Under the pieces are notes generated by a model, which had not been told where the DNA came from, made no database searches, and was given only the letters and a program-made list of their open reading frames with translations. Positions 1 to 11,763 of a stretch of DNA of 64,000 nt are shown here, piece by piece. Location: the NCBI GenBank assembly GCA_002269645.1, contig NIVC01002295.1, forward strand, positions 182,627-246,626, in the 5' to 3' direction. The stretch is from Macrostomum lignano (Eukaryota). Both the position numbers and the translations under genes were made by a program. Each line of letters starts with the position of its first letter. Within the stretch, counting starts at the first letter, position 1.

Positions 1-1395
1 AACTATTTGATGCAAAATTCATTCCCATATTTTCTATAAAGTAATGATTTAAAATTGTAACAAAAATCACTAGTATAGTATAGTAGTCTAGTAATACTGT
101 TATCAAATCTATTGATTTGAAGCTTTGCTTAAATAATATACTCAGCATACATTGGCATATACAAAAAAAATTTTTGGGGGGTACATATAGACTGTTCTAA
201 ACTATAGGTATCTAATAAGCCTATTTACACTATTATTTGCACTATTTTTCAATGTAATTATTGTTACTTATTAAATGTATATAATATAGTGATGATAATA
301 AAAAGAAAAACGATTTGATTGTTTTAATTATTGAGCTTAAAGATTGAGCTTGAGATTTATGATTTAAGTATAATAATATTGGCAAGGCTCCAGTTTGTTT
401 TGCAATATTATTTTCAAGTTTGAATTGGTGCCACAATATAGTGCCTTTGAGCACTAGATAGAAGTAAATGGAGCAATAGCTGCAGTAGTAGATAGTGCAA
501 TAGATAGGGCAGTAACAGTAGCAATTGATAGAGCAGTAGATAAAATGATAGAGTAATAGATAGTGATAAAGTAGTAGATGAGCTAGAGGCTAAAAGATTT
601 TCTGATATCATTTCCTATCCTTTTTGGCCAGATATTTTTTATACCATGGTACTATGTTGCAGCACTAATTCAAACTTTAAAGTAATATCAGGAAGCAAAC
701 TAGGTGATTGCCATATCTGAAGAATATCATAGTTACAAAGTCTGTAGTTGCAAATATTGACTTTTTTCAAGATCTTGAAACCAATATCAAGATTTTAAAA
801 AGTGCCAAGATCTTGATGATCAAGATTAAGATTGAGATCTTGTCCAACCCCTAGTAAAAACTTTTTTCCTTTGACAATATAATTTTTGGACTCTTAATTT
901 TTGTCATAACTTTTTTACAGGTAGATTAGGATGCAATTTGAAATTTTTCTTAATCTCTTAAGTCTGAAACTATGTTTCAAAATAATATTTTATATTCAGA
1001 TGATTGATAGGGCTAAAATAAAGCTCAAGACAAGCTTTTTCATAATCAAAATATATATTCTCAATCTCTACATGTCTCTATTCAATTTTGGAATCAGGAT
1101 TAGAATCCCATCCTAGCTCTAACTCTAATGTGTAACTTACTTAAGTAAATTTTTTAAAAATAGGATAAGATCATGATCTTGCCCAATCCTAAAGATTTTG
1201 ATCCCATCTAACCTCTGTATATTCTTAGACATTAAAAGAAGATAAGGGTCCCAAAATACCACCCATGATGCTAGGTTAGCACAAAATTTTAAAAAGGATG
1301 CAACACATTCTTTTCTTTCTACTTATCAATAATAGTAATATATAAGCATAGTAAATAATTGCCTTATCGATTGGATCCATCTTAATGCAACCCAG

Positions 1396-4300
1396 GCGGA
1401 CGGTTTTGGCCTGGCCTCGGCTGTAGCCGACATTGACTCGGCCGCAGGCGCGCTGAACCTGAACGGTCTAACCTTCGAGGACGAAGACGACGCCGAGAAT
1501 GCCGTCGGTGTTGGCGCTGGCGGCGCGTTGTACACCCGCGACCTGCCTGAGCACGCCTGCGCCTACTGCGGCATTCACGATCCGGCCTGCGTTGTGCTGT
1601 GCAATTCCACACAGAAATGGTTCTGCAATGGCCGCGGCAATACTAGCGGATCGCATATTGTTAATCATCTGGTCCGGGCTAAGACTAAGACTGTTAGTCT
1701 GCACAAGGACAGTCCGCTTGGCGCTACTGAGCTGGAGTGCTACGTCTGCGGATCTAAGAATGTCTTTCTGCTGGGCTACATTCCGGCTAAAGCAGATTCC
1801 GTGGTTGTGCTGCTCTGCAGACAGCCGTGCGCCTCGCAGAAGAAGGACATGAATTTGGACTCCAATCTGTGGGAGCCGCTTATCCAGGATCGCCAGTTTC
1901 TGTCCTGGATGGTGGGAGGCTTTGGGTTTTATTTTCTATGCTATTGTCACAGTTTTGTGTGCCCCCCCTCTGCCTGTCACACTGATCATCACGGCTTTGT
2001 GTGTGACCCCCTCTGCCTGTCACACTGATTGACATGCTTGTCCACCAGCTGTCACACTGATTGACATGCTTGTCCACCAGCTGTCACACTGATTGACATG
2101 CTTGTCCACCAGCTGTCACACTGATTGACATGCTTGTCCACCAGCTGTCACACTGATTGACATGCTTGTCCACCAGCTGTCACACTGATTGACATGCTTG
2201 TCCACCAGCTGTCACACTGATTGACATGCTTGTCCACCAGCTGTCACACTGATCCGACCCCACCCTACGATCCGCAGGTGAAGGTGCCCTCGTCAGAGGA
2301 GCAGATGCGGGCCAGGCAGATGAGCGCCGCCCAGATGAACAAGCTGGAGGAACTGTGGAAAAGCAACCCCGCCGCCACGCTAGAGGATCTGGAGAAACCG
2401 GGCGTAGACGAGGAGCCGAATCGGGTGACGCTACGCTACCAGGATGCCTATCAGTATCAGAACATACTGGGCCCGCTAGTTAAACTGGAGGCAGAGTACG
2501 ACCGCCGGCTGAAGGAGTCTCAGACTCAGGAGAGCATCAGCGTGCGCTGGGACATGGGCCTCAATAAAAAGCGAATAGCCTATTTTCAATTCTCTCGCGC
2601 TAACGAAGAATTAAAAATTATGCACGGCGACGAGCTGCGACTTCGCTATATGGGCGACTCGGCCAAGCCTTGGGTTGGCGTCGGCAACGTCATCAAGATA
2701 CCCGACAATCACAGCGACGATGTGGCCATCGAGTTGAAGAACAACGCCGGCACGCCGATAGAATGCCAGCACAATTTCGCGGTAGAATACGTTTGGAAAA
2801 GCATCAGCTTCGATCGAATGCAATCGGCCCTAAAAAAGTTTGCCGTCGATGAGCACTGCGTCACTTCTCATATCTATCACAAACTGCTTGGGCACGACAC
2901 TGACGATATTGTGTTCAAGTGCCAACTGCCTAAGCGGTTCTCTGCACCTGGTCTGCCTGAGCTCAATCACAGTCAGGTGAGTTTTACCTGGGGACTGGCT
3001 TTGATGGCAGTTCTGATCAGGTGTGTTTTACCTGGGGACTGGCTTTGATGGCAGTTCTGATCAGGTGTGTTTTACCTGGGGACTGGCTTTGATGGCAGTT
3101 CTGATCAGGTGTGTTTTACCTGGGGACTGGCTTTGATGGCAGTTCTGATCAGGTGTGTTTTACCTGGGGACTGGCTTTGGTGGCAGTTCTGATCAGGTGT
3201 GTTTTACCTGGGGACTGGCTTTGATGGCAGTTCTGATCAGGTGTGTTTTACCTGGGGACTGGCTTTGGTGGCAGTTCTGATCAGGTGTGTTTTACCTGGG
3301 GACTGGCTTTGATGGCAGTTCTGATCAGGTGTGCTTTACCTGGGGACTGGCTTTGATGGCAGTTCTGATCAGGTGTGTTTTACCTGGGGACTGGCTTTGA
3401 TGGCAGTTCTGATCAGGTGAGTTTTACTTAGGGACTGGCTTTGATGGCAGTTCTGATCAGGTGTGTTTTACCTGGGGACTGGCTTTGCTGGCAGTTCTGA
3501 TCAGGTGTGTTTTACCTGGGGACTGGCTTTGGTGGCAGTTCTGATCAGGTGTGTTTACCTGGGGACTGGGTTTGGTGGCAGTTCTGATCAGGTGTGTTTT
3601 ACCTGGGGACTGGCTTTGGTGGCAGTTCTGATCAGGTGTGTTTTACCTGGGGACTGGCTTTGATGGCAGTTCTGATCAGGTGTGTTTTACCTGGGGACTG
3701 GCTTTGATGGCAGTTCTGATCAGGTGAGTTTTACCTGGGGACTGGCTTTGATGGCAGTTCTGATCAGGTGTGTTTTACCTGGGGACTGGCTTTGATGGCA
3801 GTTCTGATCAGGTGTGTTTTACCTGGGGACTGGCTTTGATGGCAGTTCTGATCAGGTGTGTTTTACCTGGGGACTGGCTTTGATGGCAGTTCTGATCAGG
3901 TGAGTTTTACCTGGGGACTGGCTTTGATGGCAGTTCTGATCAGGTGTGTTTTACCTGGGGACTGGCTTTGCTGGCAGTTCTGATCAGGTGTGTTTTACCT
4001 GGGGACTGGCTTTGATGGCAGTTCTGATCAGGTGTGTTTTACCTGGGGACTGGCTTTGATGGCAGTTCTGATCAGGTGTGTTTTACCTGGGGACTGGCTT
4101 TGATGGCAGTTCTGATCAGGTGTGTTTTACCTGGGGACTGGCTTTGATGGGAGTTCTGATCAGGTGTGTTTTACCTGGGGACTGGCTTTGGTGGCAGTTC
4201 TGATCAGGTGTGTTTTACCTGGGGACTGGCTTTGCTGGCAGTTCTGATCAGGTGTGTTTTACCTGGGGACTGGCTTTGATGGCAGTTCTGATCAGGTGTG

Positions 4301-7300
4301 TTTTACCTAGGGACTGGCTTTGGTGGCAGTTCTGATCAGGTGTGTTTTAACTGGGGACTGGCTTTGATGGCAGTTCTGATCAGGTGTGTTTTACCTGGGG
4401 ACTGGCTTTGCTGGCAGTTCTGATCAGGTGTGTTTTACCTGGGGACTGGCTTTGATGGCAGTTCTGATCAGGTGTGTTTTACCTGGGGACTGGCTTTGAT
4501 GGCAGTTCTGATCAGGTGTGTTTTACCTGGGGACTGGCTTTGATGGCAGTTCTGATCAGGTGTGTTTTACCTGGGGACTGGCTTTGATGGCAGTTCTGAT
4601 CAGGTGAGTTTTACCTGGGGACTGGCTTTGATGGCAGTTCTGATCAGGTGTGTTTTACCTGGGGACTGGCTTTGGTGGCAGTTCTGATCAGGTGTGTTTT
4701 ACCTGGGGACTGGCTTTGATGGCAGTTCTGATCAGGTGTGTTTTACCTGGGGACTGGCTTTGATGGCAGTTCTGATCAGGTGTGTTTTACCTGGGGACTG
4801 GCTTTGATGGCAGTTCTGATCAGGTGTGTTTTACCTGGGGACTGGCTTTGATGGCAGTTCTGATCAGGTGTGTTTTACCTGGGGACTGGCTTTGATGGGA
4901 GTCTGATCATGTGTTTTTTACCTGGGGACTGGCTTTGATGGGAGTCTGATCAGGTGTGTTTTACCTGGGGACTGGCTTTGATGGGAGTCTGATCAGGTGT
5001 GTTTTACCTGGGGACTGGCTTTGATCGGAGTCTGATCAGGTGTGTTTTACCTGGAGACTGGCTATATTCTGTTATATATTCTACGATATTCTATTATTGG
5101 CAATAGTTTTTTAATTGGAATAATTGTTTACCTTAGAATTGAGCAGGTGTTTAACAAGCTGTGCCAACCCCACTTCGGATCAGGTTTACGCTGTCAAGAC
5201 AGTTCTGCAGCGACCGCTAAGCCTTATTCAAGGCCCGCCAGGCACGGGCAAGACTCTAACCTCGGCTACAATAGTATACCACCTGTCCAAGCTCAACCAA
5301 GGCCAGGTGCTGGTGTGCGCCCCGAGCAACATAGCAGTTGACCAGCTGACTGAGAAGATTCACAAGACCGGCCTAAAAGTGGTCAGGCTGTGCGCTAAAT
5401 CGCGCGAAGCAATCGACAGTCCGGTCTCCTATCTGTCGCTGCACGAGCAGGCTCGCAATGTTGAGGGATTTCCCGAATTAAAGAAGCTTCAGCAGTTGAA
5501 AGACGAGGCGGGCGAATTGGCTCTGGCAGACGAGAAGCGCTACAGACAGCTGAGGCGTCAGTGCGAGCGGGAACTGCTAGCCGACGCTGATGTGGTCTGC
5601 TGCACCTGCGTTGGAGCTGGGGATCCTCGTATTGCCCGGCTACAATTCCGCTGCGTATTGATTGACGAGTCTACTCAGTCTACTGAGCCCGAGTGCATGA
5701 TACCCATTGTGACAGGCTGCCGGCAGCTGGTGCTGGTTGGCGATCACTGCCAGCTCGGCCCAGTTGTCATGTGCAAGCGGTCAGCCGCTGCCGGGCTCAG
5801 TCAGTCTCTGTTTGAACGGCTGGTAGTGCTGGGCACCAGGCCTATCCGATTGCAGGTGAGATTTTTGCAGAAGCATCATTCATGTACACATATGCTCAGG
5901 AGTCGGCGGAATGGGCAGAATTGCGAGTCTAGGGTACACTTCCGAAGTTCCGAGTATGGAAACTCTCACAGTCCCCATATCCACTTACCCCGCTTTCAGG
6001 TGCAATACCGCATGCACCCGGCCCTGTCCGCCTTCCCGTCCAACATTTTCTACGAAGGCAGCCTGCAGAACGGCGTCACAGCCCAGGACCGAGCCTACCC
6101 AGGCTTAGATTTTCCCTGGCCGCAGCCGGACAAGCCTCTGATGTTTTATTGTACAGCCGGACAAGAGGAAATTGCCGGCTCTGGCACGTCTTATCTGAAT
6201 CGAACCGAGGCTGCCAATGTGGAGAAGGTTAGTGGCATCCGTCAGTTGTTTATTGTCCCAGTTGCGTATCTTGTCTGACTATGCTGACTATGTCTGACTA
6301 TGTATGACGGTGCATGACGGATCTCCGTCTTTGTGTCTTCTCACCTGTTCTAGCTCCTGTCTTTGTGCCTTCTCTCACCTGTTCTAGCTCCTGTCTTTGT
6401 GTCTTCTCTCACCTGTTCTAGCTCCTGTCTTTGTGTCTTTTCTCACCTGTTCTAGCTCCTGTCTTTGTGTCTTTTCTCACCTGTTCTAGCTCCTGTCTTT
6501 GTGTCTTTTCTCACCTGTTCTAGCTCCTGTCTTTGTGTCTTCTCTCACCTGTTCTAGCTCCTGTCTTTGTGTCTTTTCTCACCTGTTCTAGCTCCTGTCT
6601 TTGTGTCTTCTCACCTGTTCTAGCTCCTGTCTTTGTGTCTTTTCTCACCTGTTCTAGCTCCTGTCTTTGTGTCTTTTCTCACCTGTTCTAGCTCCTGTCT
6701 TTGTGTCTTCTCGCCTGTTCCAGCTCCTGTCTCTGTGTCTCCTCTTACCTGTTCCAGCTCCTGCCTCTGTGTCTCCTCTTACTGTAATGACAGTTCAATA
6801 AATGTAAACTAAGTTTAATTCCATAATCCGCAGGTGGTTACCAGGCTGCTCAAGTCCGGTATCGATCCCACGGCCATTGGCGTCATCACGCCCTACGAAG
6901 GCCAGCGCGCCTACCTGGCCCAGTACTTTCAATACAACGCCACCCTGAACGCGAAAGTCTACTTGGAGATCGAGGTGGCCAGCGTGGATGCATTCCAGGG
7001 CAGGGAGAAGGATTTCATCATATTGTCCTGCGTTCGCGCCAACGAGCACCAGGGCATCGGCTTCTTGAACGATCCTCGCCGACTCAACGTAGCTCTGACC
7101 CGGGCCAAGTACGGCCTGGTGATCATCGGCAATCCGAAGGTGCTGTCTAAGCAGCCTCTCTGGCATCATCTGCTTGTCAGCTACAAAGAGTTGCGCGTAT
7201 TAACCGAAGGCCCGCTAAACAATCTGAAAGAGTCGCTGATGCAATTTCCTAAGCCTAAGAAGCTCATTAATCAGGCCAATCCGGGCGGAAGGTAATCAAA

Positions 7301-8547
7301 CTTGATTACTGTATTATACAAAACTGTACATTTGATGCTCCCTACACCCTCTTTGCCTTAGAGCTTCGGTCCTCATCAGTGGAAATCTCACGAGAAGCCC
7401 CAAACCCAATTTTCGTGCACTAACCACGCTGCGAATTAACAGTAGAACTTCTAGGGGGGGGGGGGTACCAGCAGTTGAGGGTTGCCCAGTAAATGCCCAC
7501 TGTCGGCTTGATCAGCGAAACTAGAGGAGTTCGCTGCAGCGTGTCCATAGTCACCTGGTGTCACCTGTTGAATGTTCAGAAGCTCCACCTGGCTGAAGGC
7601 CAGTGACCAACGAAGTCAGGGCTGATGCAGACACGTGTGTTCGACGTGCTGATTAAATTTGGAGGCTTGGCAAGGCTGCACTGAGGCGCAGTGCTAATTG
7701 GCGCACAGGGCTGTAAATCCGACCTTCTGGCAGAATCGTTGAATATCTTGACAGGCCAGAGAGGGGGTGGAATTCCCCCCTCCCTTGGTAGTTCCACGGG
7801 CAAAAAATGGATTGGTGTTCCTATTTGAAAAATGTAGCCAGAGTCTGTCAGACATCATTGCTCCATCATTTCTTTCCCAGATTCATGAACTCCACAATGT
7901 TCGACGCGCGCGAATATTTCGGCTTCTCCGGAGGACCAGGCGGCAGCGGTGGCGGTGGGGGCGGTGGCTACTCCGGTGGCTACCCCGGCGGCCTGTCCGG
8001 TCCTTCGCATTACCAGCAGGGACCCCCGCCATCCCGCGGCGGCGGCGGGCCGTACGCGCCGCGGCCGCACGATCCGATCGCCATGATCGGGTCGCACCGG
8101 GCCTATCAGGCGGCCGCCGGCCTCAACCTGCCCATCCCGGTTGGCCTGCTAATGCAACAGGTGCATCCGAGCGCCTACGCCGTGTCGCAATACCCAGGCG
8201 GGCCGCCCATGCCGCCGCCTAATCGAGGCCAGCGTCATCAACGGCAGGCCGGTCCGGCGCAGCCGCGCGCCACTGGCTCTGACATGTCGGGCGCATCGCA
8301 GATGCTGACTCAGCCGCAGTCTCAGCTAGGCCTGAGTCTGGCCGGTTTCTCCCAGACTGTCGGCGGCGGCGGCAGCGGCATCGGCGTCGGTTTCAGCCAG
8401 GACTCGTACGCAGCTGGCGGGAGAAGCCAGCATAATCCGGGCCAATCGCAAGCGGACGCCATGCTTAGCCAGGACTCGGCCTATCAGGGCGATCGGCAGG
8501 CTAGCCAGGCTGGCCTGAGCCAGCACGCTCCGCTGTCCCAGTTCTGA
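1396..8547 (+). CDS. UPF1: Regulator of nonsense transcripts 1 (UPF1 SF1 RNA helicase), 5'-partial; exons 1396-1911, 2278-2976, 5184-5855, 6000-6227, 6834-7291, 7881-8547
   Basis: The spliced frame (3240 nt, 1079 aa in window) is continuous across five GT-AG introns. It encodes the CH zinc-knuckle ([38 protein letters not shown]), Walker [10 protein letters not shown], motif [33 protein letters not shown] and [11 protein letters not shown], plus an SQ-rich tail (LSQDSAYQG). The first exon opens after an acceptor (cccag, 1391-1395) with no ATG, so the start codon is upstream of the window. Confidence 0.97.
2019..2252. repeat. 32-bp minisatellite, about 7 copies (UPF1 intron 1)
   Basis: Unit CTGTCACACTGATTGACATGCTTGTCCACCAG. 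Confidence 0.95.
2972..5062. repeat. 44-bp minisatellite, about 47 copies (UPF1 intron 2)
   Basis: Unit CAGGTGTGTTTTACCTGGGGACTGGCTTTGATGGCAGTTCTGAT. Confidence 0.97.
6326..6785. repeat. 34-bp minisatellite, about 13 copies (UPF1 intron 4)
   Basis: Unit TCACCTGTTCTAGCTCCTGTCTTTGTGTCTTCTC. Confidence 0.95.
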
Positions 8548-8989
8548 GTTTGTTCGCAACCATGCAATTGGAAAGGCGCTTGCAACCCGAAATCGGCGTT
8601 CAGCAATAATCTGTTCTTCTTGTTAGGCGTCGGCTGGCGCAACTGGCTGAGGTAGTTTTCTTTCTATATATAGCTAGACGTGACTGCAGGGGGGAGCTTT
8701 GTTTGCGAGGTACTAAAAACGCCCGAAGTTCGATCGGAGGTTTCAAGCGGCGAGCCCTGGAAAGAAGAACTCCCGATGACTGATGATTGATTTCTTTTTT
8801 TCGACTTTTTTTCTTTATTTGCGGCGGTTCTGCTAAAATGTCTGACAGCGCTTGTTCAGTCAGCACTGGCTTGGCTTGTAACTCGTTTCTTAACGTGAGC
8901 AAAGGTTCTTGGTGAGTCAGCTTATTACAATTTTTTTAATCCTTTACCATTTAATTCACAAGTGAACAACTAATCACTCTTAAAATAAG

Positions 8990-9598
8990 CCTTAGCAACC
9001 AGTCCCCGGCCTTAGCAACCGATGCCCAGTCTTAGCAACCGATGCCTATCCTTAGAAACCGATGCCCAGTCTTAGCAACCGATGCCTATCCTTAGCAACC
9101 AGTCCCCAGCCTTGGCAACCAGTCCCCAGCCTTGGCAACTAGTCCCCAGCCTTAGCAACCGATGCCTAGTCTTAGCATCCGATGCCCAGTCTTAGCAACC
9201 GATGCCTATCCTTAGCAACCAATCCCCAGCCTTGGCAACCAGTCGCCAGCCTTGGCAACTAGTCCCCAGCCTTAGCAACCGATTCCCAGTCTTAGCAACC
9301 AGTGTCCAGCCTTAGCAACCAGTGTCCAGCCTTGTCCAGCCTTAGCAACCAGTGTCCAGCCTTAGCAACCAGTTTCCAGCCTTTGTAACCAGTGTCCAGC
9401 CTTTGTAACCAGTGTCCAGCCTTAGCAACCAGTGTCCAGCCTTAGCAACCAGTGTCCAGCCTTGTCCAGCCTTAGCAACCAGTGTCCAGCCTTAGTAACC
9501 AGTGTCCAGCCTTAGCAACCAGTGTCCAGCCTTAGCAACCAGTGTCCAGCCTTTGTAACCAGTCCCCAGCCTTATCAATCAGTGGCCAACCTTAGCAA
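8990..9598. repeat. 20-bp minisatellite, about 30 copies (downstream of the UPF1 stop)
   Basis: Unit CCTTAGCAACCAGTGTCCAG and variants. Confidence 0.93.
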
Positions 9599-9915
9599 CA
9601 TACCAACTTCCAAAAAGAGCCCAACCTAAGGAAAAAATGATCAACATCACATTTCAGCCCTTACGACTGTAAGCAGCAACAAGGCTTGCTTGGTTCCGAT
9701 CCAACAATCAACTGACAATCGGCCAAGCGCTCCTAGCCAGCTCTGTGTGACTACGAAATAGCAGATGCTAATAGAAAAGACTTACAGGGACTATTTCGCA
9801 GCCTGATTAATGCTGCTGCTAACACAGCCTAACCCCAGTGATTGACCACTCCGTGTGCTTGCGCGCAGAACTCCGCACCCCCAAAAATCAACACTCGCCA
9901 AATTGTTTTTACCTA

Positions 9916-9921
9916 AATAAA
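9916..9921 (+). promoter_or_regulatory. Candidate UPF1 polyadenylation signal
   Basis: First AATAAA found downstream of the UPF1 stop (8547), followed by AT-rich sequence. Confidence 0.4.
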
Positions 9922-10565
9922 TTTCTCAAATCTATATACTTAATCTATAACACTATTTTTATTAGTAATTATAATATCCGCTACACAGACGCGTGTAAAG
10001 TGTAAAATTTAATATAAAGCTGCTGAACTTCTCTCCATCAACTGCCGCCCCCTTCTTCTCGTGTTCCCCATCCGCTATGTATTGTCATTAATATTTCTTA
10101 TGTAGAAATCAAACTAGGGATCGTATTCTGTCATTCTGATAGCTAATATAGGACGCAATTGAGTCTTCAAACTTAGTGTAGTCTTATCCATATGGATAAA
10201 TTCTCTTTGTTTAATCGAAGCCAACAGATATTATAATACTTAGACGGTCTACTACCTTAATTCTTTGTCTTTTAAATTGCGCTAAACAGTAGTGAATAAA
10301 TCCAAGCATCACTTTAGTATGGCTTGTTAACTAATCAGTTTTATTAATATTCATCTTATTTATCCAGGTTCTATTTGAGTTTGTAATGTAATTTTCCATC
10401 CATAAACTTAACTGTACGGTTACATTACTAATAGTAGTAATATGACCCTACTAATATTCAAATAAACAGGCCCCCATCATCTATTTTTGGATGTTGTTTT
10501 ATTCCAATTGCTGTTGCCTCGCTAAACATTTTATTTTGCCTTTATTGTACTTTATTACTCTTAAA

Positions 10566-11248
10566 AGAGGACCGGTTCATTTGATAGGGTGTCATTTCAT
10601 CCAAGAGAGAACCGGTTTATTTGATAGGGTGTCATTTCATCTAAGAGAGGACCGGTTTATTTGATAGAGCGCCATTTCATCCAAGAGAGGACCGGTTTAT
10701 TTGATAGAGCGCCATTCCATCCAAGAGAGAACCGGTTTATTTGATAGAGCGCCATTTCATCCAAGAGAGAACCGGTTCATTTGATAGAGCGCCATTCCAT
10801 CCAAGAGAGAACCGGTTTATTTGATAGAGCGCCATTTCATCCAAGAGAGAACCGGTTCATTTGATAGAGCGCCATTCCATCCAAGAGAGAACCGGTTTAT
10901 TTGATAGAGCGCCATTTCATCCAAGAGAGAACCGGTTCATTTGATAGAGCGCCATTTCATCCAAGAGAGGACCGGTTCATTTGATAGAGCGCCATTTCAT
11001 CCAAGAGAGAACCGGTTCATTTGATAGAGCGCCATTTCATCCAAGAGAGGACCGGTTCATTTGATAGAGCGCCATTTCATCCAAGAGAGAACCGGTTCAT
11101 TTGATAGAGCGCCATTTCATCCAAGAGAGAACCGGTTCATTTGATAGAGCGCCATTTCATCCAAGAGAGGACCGGTTCATTTGATAGAGCGCCATTTCAT
11201 CCAAGAGAGAACCGGTTCATTTGATAGAGCGCCATTTCATCCAAGAGA
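10566..11248. repeat. 40-bp minisatellite, about 17 copies
   Basis: Unit AACCGGTTCATTTGATAGAGCGCCATTTCATCCAAGAGAG. Confidence 0.95.
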
Positions 11249-11763
11249 TTTTATTTAAGCGGGCATCATCCATTTTGAGGGAGACATCAGCGCCGATAGA
11301 CGCCATAGCCACTGGAATCAGCTCCATATGTACTTTTGCCAGCCCAGGGACCCCATTGGTCCCTGGCAGCATGTCTGACAAACGATACTTACGAGCGTTC
11401 ATGCTCATGCACTTGTTTATTAGTATGACTACTTTATCGTTTTGTACGTTTTCAGTGCGCTTCATCTAATAAAATCTCTAAAACCCTCTCGCTAGTAGGT
11501 TTGGCCATTAAATTTTTGTACGTGAAAAATGTTGCCAAATAAATTTTCTAAATAAGTTTCCGGATGCTTTTTAGAAGGTGCTGGTTTTCGCTTATGCAAA
11601 TAATGTACATATGGTTTGATAAAAGATAAGGCAGTCACAGATGCGTGTTTAGCTTAACAAGAGATTTTTGACAGACACACCGCTTTTATTGCTGGTGTGC
11701 ATGATTTAGTTTTCAAGTTTGTTATATACTCTGTTCCAAAAGTTAAGCCAAACCGAATTGGCC

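Noticed and set aside
2972-5062. CRISPR-like appearance of long regular repeats (also 10566-11248, 18663-19511, 22381-23043)
   Set aside because: The units are head-to-tail with no unique spacers, there are no cas genes, and the context is eukaryotic introns.
7807-7880. ATG-initiated N-terminal extension of ORF 7807-8547
   Set aside because: It lies in UPF1 intron 5. The phase-2 junction 7291/7881 restores the conserved GRFM...MFDARE sequence.
8600-8902. 100-aa minus-strand ORF behind UPF1
   Set aside because: Non-ATG start, no recognisable motif, and overlaps the probable UPF1 3'UTR.
11217-11469. Overlapping 82-aa ORFs on both strands, a 9-bp hairpin (11344-11366) and conflicting splice-like signals
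   Set aside because: No recognisable family, and the signals point to both strands; this cannot be resolved without transcript data.
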